Assembly (NCBI GenBank): GCA_037441705.1
Contig: JBBIRR010000022.1
Location: 1 to 64,000 of the forward strand
Length of the DNA: 64,000 bases
Direction: 5' to 3'
Source: Ignavibacteriales bacterium
Lineage (GTDB): Bacteria; Bacteroidota; Ignavibacteria; UBA10030; UBA6906
The notes below the pieces were generated by a model. The model saw nothing but the letters and a program-made list of their open reading frames with translations, did no database searches and was not told the origin of the DNA. Positions 50,669 to 59,885 of this stretch are shown here, one piece after another. Position numbers and translations under genes: made by a program. Each line of letters begins with the position of its first letter. Position 1 is the stretch's first letter.

Positions 50669-51324
50669 AGAACTCTCTTACCAAACTTTTCTCTCCGACC
50701 GATCTCAGCCGAATTGAAAAGGCTGTCAAAGAAGCCGAGCTGCGAACAGGCGGCGAGATTGTGCCCTACGTTGTTCAAGCCAGCGACGCTTATGAGCATG
50801 CGCTCTGGCGTGCAGGATCGTTGTTCGGCGCCGCAGCGTTTCTCGGTTTCCTGATGGTCTATCATCTTACCGAACTGTCGTGGGCGCCGTTTGTGGCCGC
50901 AGAGCTTGCCGTGGTGACCTGTGCCGGCGCCCTGGGCGGCGTTCTGTTGGCGATGTACGCCTCCCCTGTGAAGCGCCTCTTCGCGGGCGCTGCCGCCATG
51001 GACCTCCGAACCAAGCAGCGCGCTGCGGACGCATTTCTCGCGGAAGAAGTTTTCAACACGCGCGACCGTACCGGCATCCTGATCTTCCTGAGTCTGATGG
51101 AACACAAGGTTCTGGTGCTGGGCGATTCGGGCATCAACGCAAAAGTTCAGCACACCGAGTGGGAGGAGATCGTGAAGAAGGTTGTGGACGGTATGCGCCG
51201 CGGCGCGCCCGCCGACGCGCTGGTTGAGGCGGTGAGGCAGTGCGGCGATCTTCTCCAGAAGCACGGTATTGCACGCCGCCCCGATGACACCGACGAGCTG
51301 CGCAATCAGATGCGTACAGGATAG
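50665..51324 (+). CDS. TPM domain membrane protein
   Basis: IEKAVKEAELRTGGEIV...TRDRTGILIFLSLMEHKV...DSGI...DEL. Confidence 0.83.
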   Translation: MKNSLTKLFSPTDLSRIEKAVKEAELRTGGEIVPYVVQASDAYEHALWRAGSLFGAAAFLGFLMVYHLTELSWAPFVAAELAVVTCAGALGGVLLAMYASPVKRLFAGAAAMDLRTKQRAADAFLAEEVFNTRDRTGILIFLSLMEHKVLVLGDSGINAKVQHTEWEEIVKKVVDGMRRGAPADALVEAVRQCGDLLQKHGIARRPDDTDELRNQMRTG

Positions 51325-51331
51325 CGCCTGC

Positions 51332-51985
51332 TTATTCTCTTTGCACAAGCAATCTTTCCTGCAGAAGAACTCCGGCACGATAACATCCGTAGGCGACGAA
51401 CGGCGCGACAGCAACGTCGATCACGTAATGCACGTGCTGCCACACCACAAACACGGCCACCAGCACAGCGCCGAACAGGTACACCGCTTTCAATACTCGC
51501 TGCCGCATGATGAGAAAGAGAAGAAAGAGGGTCGCAGTGTGGCCCGAGAAGAACAGGTCCTTCGTCGGAGCAGACCCATCGCCTGCAAGCTGGACGAAGG
51601 GATCCTCCAGCACGATCAGCCCATCCGCCGGATTGAGCGGAAGAAGAAACATCATCACCACCCGTACGAGAACCATCAGTGTGTAAGCCTGGAGTGCAAG
51701 GAGCAGATCGTGCGGCCTCTTCAGCAGATACACGATCGCGGCGATGAGTGCCGCGTAAATCACGCCGAAGGTCATCCAGGTGAAATCTCTCGGCTCGATG
51801 AGACGCAGGAGGGGATCGTTGAGCGTTGCTCCTTCACGGCTTTCGACCCATATCAAGAAACGAGTGAACAAGTGAAGCACAACAATCAACAGCACAACCG
51901 ATGCACCGAGCTGAAGTCTGAAACCGGGAAGGCTCCAGGCTTCGGCCCATCGTCGGCGGAAGTCCTTATGTTCCGTCGGTGTCAT
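51332..51985 (-). CDS. Sphingomyelin-synthase-like / PAP2_C membrane protein
   Basis: About 6 TMs, DLFFSGHT and HVHYVIDV catalytic motifs. Confidence 0.75.
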   Translation of the reverse strand: MTPTEHKDFRRRWAEAWSLPGFRLQLGASVVLLIVVLHLFTRFLIWVESREGATLNDPLLRLIEPRDFTWMTFGVIYAALIAAIVYLLKRPHDLLLALQAYTLMVLVRVVMMFLLPLNPADGLIVLEDPFVQLAGDGSAPTKDLFFSGHTATLFLLFLIMRQRVLKAVYLFGAVLVAVFVVWQHVHYVIDVAVAPFVAYGCYRAGVLLQERLLVQRE

Positions 51986-52000
51986 TGATCATGATCCGAT

Positions 52001-52037
52001 AAAAAAAACCCTCTCCTCACGAACATGAAGAGAGGGT
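52001..52037 (-). terminator. Intrinsic terminator
   Basis: accctct...agagggt stem followed by a poly-T run on the minus strand. Confidence 0.75.
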
Positions 52038-52062
52038 CAGGGCATCACTTCCTCTTTTCCTC

Positions 52063-52566
52063 TTACTTCTTTTTTGCTGCCACTTTCGTCATAAGACTCG
52101 CAGCGAGATTCTTGTAGCCATCCAGCGCGGCATTTGCTGCACCGAGCGCTCCCTCGATCTCCGACTTTGCCGTGGTCAGTTGCTCCTTATCCTGTTTGAG
52201 CTGTGTCATCACCTTGTCGAAGTCCATCGTGGCAAGATCAGGCACCTTGAATGCTGCAAGCCAGCTGCTCACGTTGTCTTTCACGCTCATGAGACGCTCC
52301 TTGGCAGAATTGAGCTTGTTGATCACGTCGGTGATCTCGGCAGACTGCTTGGGATATTTCTTCGCAAGCGAATCTCCGCTGGAGACTGCTGCCGTGATTT
52401 CGCCCGCAAGGCCGTCCAGCTGGCCGAGCGAGCTTTGGGCGTTATCGGCCATGGTCTTGACTTCCGCGGTCAGATCGTCGACCATTTTTTTCTGCTCGGC
52501 GGAGGGTCCGCATCCCATGACCGATAGGGCCAGCAATCCCATCACAAGAACAAACGTCTTCTTCAT
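52063..52566 (-). CDS. Helical lipoprotein of unknown function
   Basis: Lipobox VMGC, coiled-coil character, Lys-rich C-terminus. Confidence 0.7.
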   Translation of the reverse strand: MKKTFVLVMGLLALSVMGCGPSAEQKKMVDDLTAEVKTMADNAQSSLGQLDGLAGEITAAVSSGDSLAKKYPKQSAEITDVINKLNSAKERLMSVKDNVSSWLAAFKVPDLATMDFDKVMTQLKQDKEQLTTAKSEIEGALGAANAALDGYKNLAASLMTKVAAKKK

Positions 52567-52652
52567 TGTGGTTCTCCTACGTATTGTTGAGAGGGGTTAG
52601 ATGAGGCACTCTCAATATACGGCTTGAACACGAGACGAAAGTTAAGCAAGGC

Positions 52653-53801
52653 TTAATAGTTGTTAATTGAGGATCCGGCAATGATCTTGCGGTAGAGATC
52701 CGGGTTCGTCGCCCCTTCAGTGGAGAACAACAGCACGCGGCTGGACGCATTCATACCAAGCTCCTCCCGCGCGCTGCTCTGTTGCTCGCCCGCAAGATCT
52801 AACAACGCGCCAAGGCCGGCTGCTCCGGTCTCCCCGCTCGCGATGCCCAGCTTTGCCAGCCGCCGCATCGCTTCAACAGTCCGTTCGTCGCGAAGCGTCA
52901 TGAAATACTTCACTCCCGTTCGAAGGACGTGAAAGGACACCAGCGACGGCGAATCGCAGTTCATGCCTGCCATGATGGACGTGTGCGGGCCGGGCACACG
53001 CACAATCGTTCCTGCACGCACCGACGCCAGCGCACACGCAGCGCGTTCGGGCTCGACACCGATGATGATCGGCCGCGGCTTCTTCCTGCAGAAGTGCCTG
53101 ACGACCGCGTCTGCGAACGAACCGACACCGATTTGCACAAACACATGTGTTGGTGGAGGTTCTGCACGGGCGGACAGCTCATCGTCAATCTCCCACAGCA
53201 TTGTTGAGTAGCCCTCAACAACGAAGCGTGGAATGGTCTCGTATCCGCTCCACCCGTTATCCTGAATGAGGAGACCGTTGTTCTCGCCGGCATCTCGCGC
53301 CGCTCTGGCGACGGTGTCATCGTATGTCCCGTTAACCACCACAACCGAAGCGCCTTCGCGTTCAATACCCGCAATGCGCGCCCCGGCAGTTCCGTGCGGC
53401 ACGTAGATGCGCGACTGCAGATGCAGCATCGAGCCGACGCGCGCAACTGCCCTTCCGTGATTGCCATCGGTTGCAGCGTAGAGAACCGGCACGTCATACT
53501 CGTGCAATCGCTCCGCAAGGTCGTCAACGCGCGTCCACTCTTCACGCAGCGCGGGGTAGCGTTCAGACAACGCGCAGTACGTTGCCCACGATGCCCCGAG
53601 AATCTTGAATGCCGGCAGCCCCAGACGGTCCGATTCATCCTTCAGCCATACTCTCGAAACGCCGAGAGACGTCGCAAGCGAATCTAACGAATGCAGCGGC
53701 GTTGCCGCATAGCCGGGCAGTTTTTGGTGGAAGGCTAATGCCCGACGCGAGGGCGCATCGAACTGAACATCCGGGTCGAACGTCGGATTGCAGAACATCA
53801 C
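52653..53801 (-). CDS. dpaL: Diaminopropionate ammonia-lyase
   Basis: KDESDRLGLPAFKILGASW, ATDGNHGRAV, GVGSFA, IMAGMNC and TEGAT motifs. Confidence 0.88.
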   Translation of the reverse strand: MMFCNPTFDPDVQFDAPSRRALAFHQKLPGYAATPLHSLDSLATSLGVSRVWLKDESDRLGLPAFKILGASWATYCALSERYPALREEWTRVDDLAERLHEYDVPVLYAATDGNHGRAVARVGSMLHLQSRIYVPHGTAGARIAGIEREGASVVVVNGTYDDTVARAARDAGENNGLLIQDNGWSGYETIPRFVVEGYSTMLWEIDDELSARAEPPPTHVFVQIGVGSFADAVVRHFCRKKPRPIIIGVEPERAACALASVRAGTIVRVPGPHTSIMAGMNCDSPSLVSFHVLRTGVKYFMTLRDERTVEAMRRLAKLGIASGETGAAGLGALLDLAGEQQSSAREELGMNASSRVLLFSTEGATNPDLYRKIIAGSSINNY

Positions 53802-53826
53802 GGCCGTGCTCGATCGCTGATGAGGC

Positions 53827-55593
53827 TCATCGCAGGAAAATCATTTTCTTCGTTGCAGAGAAGCTTCCGGGCTGCCCATCCTTCGGGACAAGGTCTCGCC
53901 GCGCGTATGGCATGACAGACAATCTGTAAAAGTAGACTCCGCTCGGCAAGGAGATTGCTGCGGCGGAGAATTCCACCGACCTGAATCCAGAATCCTGAAC
54001 ATCATTGATCAGCGTAGCGACTTCCCTCCCCAGGACGTCGTAGACCTTCAATGACACGAAACTCGAACCTCGAATCGAGTATCGAATGCGCGTCACCGGG
54101 TTGAAAGGATTGGGATAGTTCTGTTCAAGCACAAATCCTTCGGGCGGCGCGATGGTGGTTCTTTCACCGACGTCCGTGACTACCCCAAGCTCTCCGTTGA
54201 AGTTCATCTCCTGGGCATACACCCCGTTTGCATCCTGACGCTTGTCCGCCCACACAAGAAGCGAGTTGGCGGTGGACGTGAACGCCGCGCCGAGTCGCCC
54301 TTTGTCACTCACAACTGAGCTGATCTCTTTGATGGTTCCGCCCCACTCGAGACTGCCGTTTCGGTCGGTGCGAAAGCCCCGCACAAATCGGGTTGTGACG
54401 GTGCTTGCGTCAAGATAGTAAACAACGGCGGAGGAGTCGCTCGCGAAGGCCCGGATGAACGACGGTTGTCCGCCCCCGAACGGACGAAATGCGATTCCCG
54501 AGTCAGGCCAGAGGCGGGTGCCATCGGCAGAAAACCTCTGGCCGTACACGCCGTAGATGCTTTGCGTTGCGGAGTTAGTTTCGTACCAGAAGAGATAGGT
54601 TTCATTCGTCGCAGGCATGTACGTCGCCCATGCGTCGTTGTGAAGTCTCCCCGCGAGCGTTGAGCTTGCCGATCCGTTCACGGGAAACAGACGCGTACCG
54701 TTGGAGGTGAAGTGCTGGACGTACGATGTACTGTTGGCTCCGCCTCGTTCGTCGTGCCAGACGTAAATGGCACCGTTGCTGCCGTCGGAAAAGATCTTCG
54801 GAACAAAAAACCCGCTGACGCGGCCAAGTGAGTAGACCGTGTCTGCCCACAGTGTCGTACCGGTGGACGAGACCTTCTGTGTAAGAAGCTTGTAGTTTTG
54901 TGGACTCAGGGTCGAGCCTGTGAAGCCGGCATACAGAAGGATCACGCTGCCATTATCGGAGGCAACGACCGACGGACGCCAGCGATGCTCACCAGTGGGT
55001 CCGGAAATCAGAATCGGATCATTCCCCCACTGCTTCTGGCCTGCTGCGTTGAGTCTCTGCATCGCCACCTGGTTGGGTGAGGTGCCGTACTGCCAGACGA
55101 AAACGAAACTGCCGTCGGAAGTCTTGACGACCTTCGGGTCCGGTTGAAAGATCGTCGTAGCATTGGAGAGCTGGACGCCGTTGGCACTCCACCGGAATTC
55201 TCCCGCGGGAGAGATCTTGTAGGCAAACGGATTGATCGCACCGCCGTTGCGGATATCGGTGAACACCAGCACGGCGTTGTTGCTGTCATCCACCGTCAGG
55301 TCCCAATCCACCAGAGATGTGCTTTGTGGATTGGCGCTGATGAGCAAGCCATTGTTTGTCCATTGCTTGACGCCTTGCGCGTTCAGTCGCTGCATGTACA
55401 CGCTGTAGGCACCGGCGCGCGTGTCGAACCATGAAATGTAGCATCCGCCGTCCGACGTGGCGGCAATTTTCGGAAGCTCCTGACTTCCAACGGTATCACA
55501 TACCATCAGGTTTTGGTTGGGATCGCTTGACCACTGGCCGTAGGACGCCGCGGCGCTCAACACAAGCGCCAGAAGAACCAACGTACGCAGCAT
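53827..55593 (-). CDS. Secreted beta-propeller protein with T9SS CTD
   Basis: Signal peptide, repeated (S/T)DGG..W.D.R...QR....G...W blades, and a CTD with an RRDLVPKDGQP insert. Confidence 0.85.
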   Translation of the reverse strand: MLRTLVLLALVLSAAASYGQWSSDPNQNLMVCDTVGSQELPKIAATSDGGCYISWFDTRAGAYSVYMQRLNAQGVKQWTNNGLLISANPQSTSLVDWDLTVDDSNNAVLVFTDIRNGGAINPFAYKISPAGEFRWSANGVQLSNATTIFQPDPKVVKTSDGSFVFVWQYGTSPNQVAMQRLNAAGQKQWGNDPILISGPTGEHRWRPSVVASDNGSVILLYAGFTGSTLSPQNYKLLTQKVSSTGTTLWADTVYSLGRVSGFFVPKIFSDGSNGAIYVWHDERGGANSTSYVQHFTSNGTRLFPVNGSASSTLAGRLHNDAWATYMPATNETYLFWYETNSATQSIYGVYGQRFSADGTRLWPDSGIAFRPFGGGQPSFIRAFASDSSAVVYYLDASTVTTRFVRGFRTDRNGSLEWGGTIKEISSVVSDKGRLGAAFTSTANSLLVWADKRQDANGVYAQEMNFNGELGVVTDVGERTTIAPPEGFVLEQNYPNPFNPVTRIRYSIRGSSFVSLKVYDVLGREVATLINDVQDSGFRSVEFSAAAISLPSGVYFYRLSVMPYARRDLVPKDGQPGSFSATKKMIFLR

Positions 55594-55614
55594 CGTAAGT
55601 CTCCTCTCTGTTTG

Positions 55615-56388
55615 TTATGAACGAAGGAATGTCAGCACGGCATGAGCGAATTCGTCGGGGCGATCGGCGTGCACCCAATGTCCCGCTCCTGGAATCGTCA
55701 CTATACTCGATTTCGGAAACAACTGCTGGATACGAGGTCCGTCATCGAAGCGAATGTAGGGCGAGGCACCGCCCTTGACAAACAGCACCGGTTTGTCAAA
55801 TCTCCCCTCAACAGTGATGTCATCGGCGATCTCCGGATAATGGCGTTTGATGATGGAGAGATTCACTTTCCATTTCAATCTACCCGCCTCGTCTCGGGTA
55901 AGGTTCTTCAACACGAATTGGCGGACTCGATAATCAGGCAGCCGTTGTGCCAGCGCAAGGTCGGCTTCGTGTCGCGTCGTGAGCGTGCCGAGTTTCAACG
56001 AGCACATCGCGTCAAGGATCTGGTCGTGCGCGATCTCGTAACGCCGGGGTGCAACATCCACCACCACCAACCTGTCAACGAAGTCGGGATGGGTGAGCGC
56101 AAACTGCATCGCGGTCTTTCCCCCCATGGAATGCCCGAGCACGTGTACCGAGCGGATGTTGTGCTCGCGCAAAAACGTCAACACATCTTCCGCCATTGCC
56201 GCATAGTTGAATGTTTCGCTGTGGGGGGACTTGCCGTGATTCCGCTGATCGAGGGCGTACACCTTGAACCCCGCCTCGGCGTACTTCTTCGATTGCGTTT
56301 GCCAGTTATCGAGCATGCCGAGCAAGCCGTGAAGGATTATGAGCGGGTGCCCGCCGTGACCGTAGGATTTATAGTGAAGACGGAGCAT
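55615..56388 (-). CDS. Alpha/beta hydrolase (YbfF-like esterase)
   Basis: HGLLG, DQRNHGKS, GHSMGGK and GHWVHAD motifs. Confidence 0.9.
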   Translation of the reverse strand: MLRLHYKSYGHGGHPLIILHGLLGMLDNWQTQSKKYAEAGFKVYALDQRNHGKSPHSETFNYAAMAEDVLTFLREHNIRSVHVLGHSMGGKTAMQFALTHPDFVDRLVVVDVAPRRYEIAHDQILDAMCSLKLGTLTTRHEADLALAQRLPDYRVRQFVLKNLTRDEAGRLKWKVNLSIIKRHYPEIADDITVEGRFDKPVLFVKGGASPYIRFDDGPRIQQLFPKSSIVTIPGAGHWVHADRPDEFAHAVLTFLRS

Positions 56389-56398
56389 GGCCGGCGGC

Positions 56399-57193
56399 TC
56401 AACCGATGACATGCTCTTTGATAATCGTGGTCTGCTCGGTAAGCGTGACCACGTTGAAACAGGCTGGATGGTGGAGATCGAGCCGAACCTGTTCATCATT
56501 CGGCCACGCGGCAAATTGTCCGATGGTGCTTGCTACGCTCGAATACAGAACGCCATCCTGCAGCACATGCATTCCCCGATGGACATGGCCGAAGAACACG
56601 CCGCGCAACCTGTCGCGATGCGGAACGAGCATGCGATGGAACCGCTCGCCGTTGATCAGCAGCATGGTATTGTTCAACCAGAGGGAATCCAGAGGCAGCG
56701 GCGGAAAATGAACGAACACAGCGACCGGCGATGCATCTCGTGCAAGCTGCCCCTGCAGGAAGTCAAATTGATGTTCTTCCAGTACGCCTCGCGGGTCAAT
56801 CTCGTCGGGTCCTCGTGCGTCGAGCGTGATGAAGCGAAACCCGTTTCTCTCAAAAGTGTATGCGAGAAAAGAAGAGTGTGAAGTAATCTCCATTTGTCCC
56901 ATCTTCAAATACTTTCTGATCAGCGCCGCGGAATCATGGTTGCCCGTCACGAAGTAGATGGGGACGTTCAGCCGCGCGAACACTTCCGCCGCAAGTCGGT
57001 AGGCAGCTTCCTCCGGCGCAGCAGTGACGTCTCCCGTATGGAGCACGAACTCGGGCAGCAGCGGCAGCCCGTTAATCGTCTCGATGATGCGCAGCGCGTT
57101 GCTGTAACAGTTGCATCCGTACAGCTCATAGTCACGCGTCGTGCCGATGTGCGTATCGCTGATGTGAATGAAACGAAGAGGGGAACGAGCCAT
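56399..57193 (-). CDS. CpdA/Icc-like metallophosphoesterase
   Basis: SDTH, TGD, GNHD, HFPP and GHVH motifs. Confidence 0.88.
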   Translation of the reverse strand: MARSPLRFIHISDTHIGTTRDYELYGCNCYSNALRIIETINGLPLLPEFVLHTGDVTAAPEEAAYRLAAEVFARLNVPIYFVTGNHDSAALIRKYLKMGQMEITSHSSFLAYTFERNGFRFITLDARGPDEIDPRGVLEEHQFDFLQGQLARDASPVAVFVHFPPLPLDSLWLNNTMLLINGERFHRMLVPHRDRLRGVFFGHVHRGMHVLQDGVLYSSVASTIGQFAAWPNDEQVRLDLHHPACFNVVTLTEQTTIIKEHVIG

Positions 57194-57246
57194 AGACGAT
57201 CAAGAGAGAAAACACGAGTTGATAGAAGGACTGATAGAACGAAGCG

Positions 57247-58233
57247 TTACTGCGGCATGCCGAGGCGCTGCATTTCAAACGCTATCGTTTCACGAAGACC
57301 CTGCTCGAGCGGGCGAGTGGTAAAACCGATCTCGCGCCGTGCTTTTGCATCGCTGCCGAGATAGGTTGTGCCAGCATTGACGAGCAACGCTTCCGCGGAA
57401 TACTCTTCGGGCACGGAAACGACTCGCTCGACCACGCGCATCACCCCGGAGGCAATCTTGAGCAGGACGGGAGGGGCGTGGACGCGAGGCGCTCTGCGTC
57501 CGCTGATGCGTTCACACATCCTCAAAACTTCGAGAAAGCTCATGGGCGGGCCGCAGATGAAATAGTTCTCGCCCGTTTTTCCTCGTTCCATGGCAAGAAT
57601 GTGCCCGCGCGCCACATCATCTGCATGGGCAAAACAAAACGCCGTCTCCTTCGGCGCAACGGGCAACTCGCCGAGCAGGTATCGGCGCAAGGTCTTCGCC
57701 ACCAGACTTTCATCGCCCGGCCCGTATACCAGACCGGGCTGAACAATCACCAACGGAAGGCCCTCCCGCATCATCGGCTCTGCAACCTCGTAGTGCGCGC
57801 GCCACTTCGTCTCATCATACACACTGAGATGCGGTCCGAAATAGCGATAGCCCTCATCAACAACCATCCCACGTGTGTGGGAGTTGACAGCCAACGTGCT
57901 GGTGTACACAGCCTTTGGAATGTGCAGGTCACGCACCAGCTCTAACACATTTCGTGTTCCGTTCACGTTCACCTCGTGAGCGGTCCATCGCTCGTCAGCT
58001 CCGATTCTGTACCAGGCCGCACAGTGAAACACACCGTCAACCCCACGCATAGGGTTGCGCATGCTCTCCTTATCGGTGATGTCGCCTTTCGCAAGGCCGA
58101 TGCCGATGTCGGAAAGGTTCTTCGCTTTCTCAAGCGAACGAACAAGCGCTATCACCTCATGACCCGCAGCCCGCAGCTGACGGACAATTCTGCCGCCGAT
58201 AAACCCTGTGGCGCCTGTAACAAAAAACTTCAT
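57247..58233 (-). CDS. NAD-dependent epimerase/dehydratase
   Basis: TGATGFIG, YDETK and VYGPGD motifs. Confidence 0.9.
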   Translation of the reverse strand: MKFFVTGATGFIGGRIVRQLRAAGHEVIALVRSLEKAKNLSDIGIGLAKGDITDKESMRNPMRGVDGVFHCAAWYRIGADERWTAHEVNVNGTRNVLELVRDLHIPKAVYTSTLAVNSHTRGMVVDEGYRYFGPHLSVYDETKWRAHYEVAEPMMREGLPLVIVQPGLVYGPGDESLVAKTLRRYLLGELPVAPKETAFCFAHADDVARGHILAMERGKTGENYFICGPPMSFLEVLRMCERISGRRAPRVHAPPVLLKIASGVMRVVERVVSVPEEYSAEALLVNAGTTYLGSDAKARREIGFTTRPLEQGLRETIAFEMQRLGMPQ

Positions 58234-58328
58234 TGCAGAAATAGTCTTCGAGCGGAACAAAAAAGGCCTTCGACTGAAGACCCTACCGACAACGAACAGT
58301 CTCGGCAGGCAGGCCCGCGCCTCCTGAC

Positions 58329-59435
58329 CTACGCCGCCGCTTCTTCGACGAGCGGATACTCACGGATGATTTCGTACAGCGTCGTCCGCTGTGCCGCCGA
58401 AAACCCCGCGCCGTGAATAAGCTCGATGCATTCCTCCGTGCTCGTCTTGTTCACAAAGTTTGCCGCCGCGTGAACGTTTTCCTCAACCAGGGTTCCGCCG
58501 AAATCATCCGCCCCGAAGTGCAGCGCGATCTGTCCGGCCTTTTTTCCTTCCGAGAACCACGAGGCCTGAATATGATCGAAGTTGTCAAGATAGATGCGCG
58601 AGAATGCAATGATCCTGTAGTACTGCGTGGCCGTGGCGTAATGCGGGATAATCTTCTCTAACGGCGTGTTGCCCGGCTTGAAGCTCCACGGAATAAATGC
58701 AGTGAAACCGTGATACTCGTCCTGCAATTGCCGGATGACGTCAAGATGCTCAACGATGTCTTCATCCTTTTCCAGATGTCCGTACATCATTGTTGCAGTG
58801 GTTTTGAATCCGATCTTGTGTGCCTCGCGCATCACGTTCAGCCAGTCGGCGCTTGTGCCTTTCTTGTTACTGATTTTCTTTTTCACGCGATCCGAAAGAA
58901 TCTCCGCCCCGCCGCCGGGAATCGTTCGCTGTCCGGCATCCCACAATCGTTGCAGCACCTCCTGCACTGTAAGCCCCGAAACCTCAGCCATGCCGATGAT
59001 TTCCGAGGTGGAGAAGAAATGCGGCGTCACGCCCGGGACTTCCTTCACCGTTCGCTCCACAAGCTCGATGTAGTATTCAAACGGCAGCGCCGGGTTCACT
59101 CCGCCTTGCAGGAGAATCGTCGTCACGCCCTTTGCCGCCGACTCCTTGAACTTCTCGATCATCTGGTCGACGCTGTAAGTGTACTCTCCCTCCTCACCCG
59201 GATGCCGATAGAACGCGCAGAAGATGCAATCAATGTTGCAGATGTTGGTGTAGTTCGGATTCGTGTCGACGACGAACGTTACGCGTGGCTCGGGATTTTT
59301 CTTGAAGCGGATTTCGTTGGCAAGTTCACCGAGGTCGAGCAGCTCGGCGTTATGCAGAAGGTGGAGGGCTTGTTCCCGCCCAAGCCGCTCGCCTTCGCGC
59401 ACTCTTTTTATGATGTCTTGCGTACTTATGTTCAT
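58329..59435 (-). CDS. mqnC: Cyclic dehypoxanthine futalosine synthase (radical SAM)
   Basis: NYTNICNIDCIFCAFYR, PGGGAEIL, TATMMYGH, HIQASW and GADDFGG motifs. Confidence 0.9.
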   Translation of the reverse strand: MNISTQDIIKRVREGERLGREQALHLLHNAELLDLGELANEIRFKKNPEPRVTFVVDTNPNYTNICNIDCIFCAFYRHPGEEGEYTYSVDQMIEKFKESAAKGVTTILLQGGVNPALPFEYYIELVERTVKEVPGVTPHFFSTSEIIGMAEVSGLTVQEVLQRLWDAGQRTIPGGGAEILSDRVKKKISNKKGTSADWLNVMREAHKIGFKTTATMMYGHLEKDEDIVEHLDVIRQLQDEYHGFTAFIPWSFKPGNTPLEKIIPHYATATQYYRIIAFSRIYLDNFDHIQASWFSEGKKAGQIALHFGADDFGGTLVEENVHAAANFVNKTSTEECIELIHGAGFSAAQRTTLYEIIREYPLVEEAAA

Positions 59436-59437
59436 AG

Positions 59438-59698
59438 CTACCTATACACGTCTTTGCGATGGCCAACGCGTATGATTGTGATAGTCAGGGTGTCTTTCTC
59501 AACTGTGTAAATAACCGGTAGTCACCTACTCGAATCCGATATGCATTCGTTGAGCCGGAAAGCTTTTCTACCTGCCGAGGGAAAGGGTCCTTCGCAAGGT
59601 TCTCAATAGCTCGTGCGATGCGCGGGACCACCGTCCTCCCAAGTTTTCTCAGCTCCTTTTCAGCTGACGGCTTGAGAAGGAATTCTAAAGGAGGCCAT
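59438..59698 (-). pseudogene. relE: RelE/ParE-family toxin with two frameshifts
   Basis: Reconstructed MASFRI/LLKPSAEKELRKL...YRIRVGDYR/VIYTVEKDTLTITIIRVGHRKDVYR*; +1 shift near 59680 and -1 shift near 59515. Confidence 0.75.
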
Positions 59699-59885
59699 CG
59701 CGCTTCAGTCTTCTTTTCACCTGTTCCCACGGAATGGGCTTTTCCTCTTTCCTGGATGCGATCGCAGCAAGATCGGCGACATTCTCGAGGAGCCGTTCAT
59801 ACTCCTTTATTCCGATGATGATCGCCTTCTTCCTTCCCTTCCGGTCCACAACATATTCAGCCTGTTGTTCCTTCACCTTACCCAT
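59685..59885 (-). CDS. Phd/YefM-like antitoxin
   Basis: YVVDRKGRKKAIIIGIKEYERLLE...DL...IPWEQVK; overlaps both neighbours. Confidence 0.8.
   Translation of the reverse strand: MGKVKEQQAEYVVDRKGRKKAIIIGIKEYERLLENVADLAAIASRKEEKPIPWEQVKRRLKRDGLL

Noticed and set aside
58282-58313. cctaccga...tcggcaggcagg hairpin after mqnC as a REP or terminator
   Set aside because: Single copy in the window with an imperfect stem; it cannot be classified without a genome-wide search.
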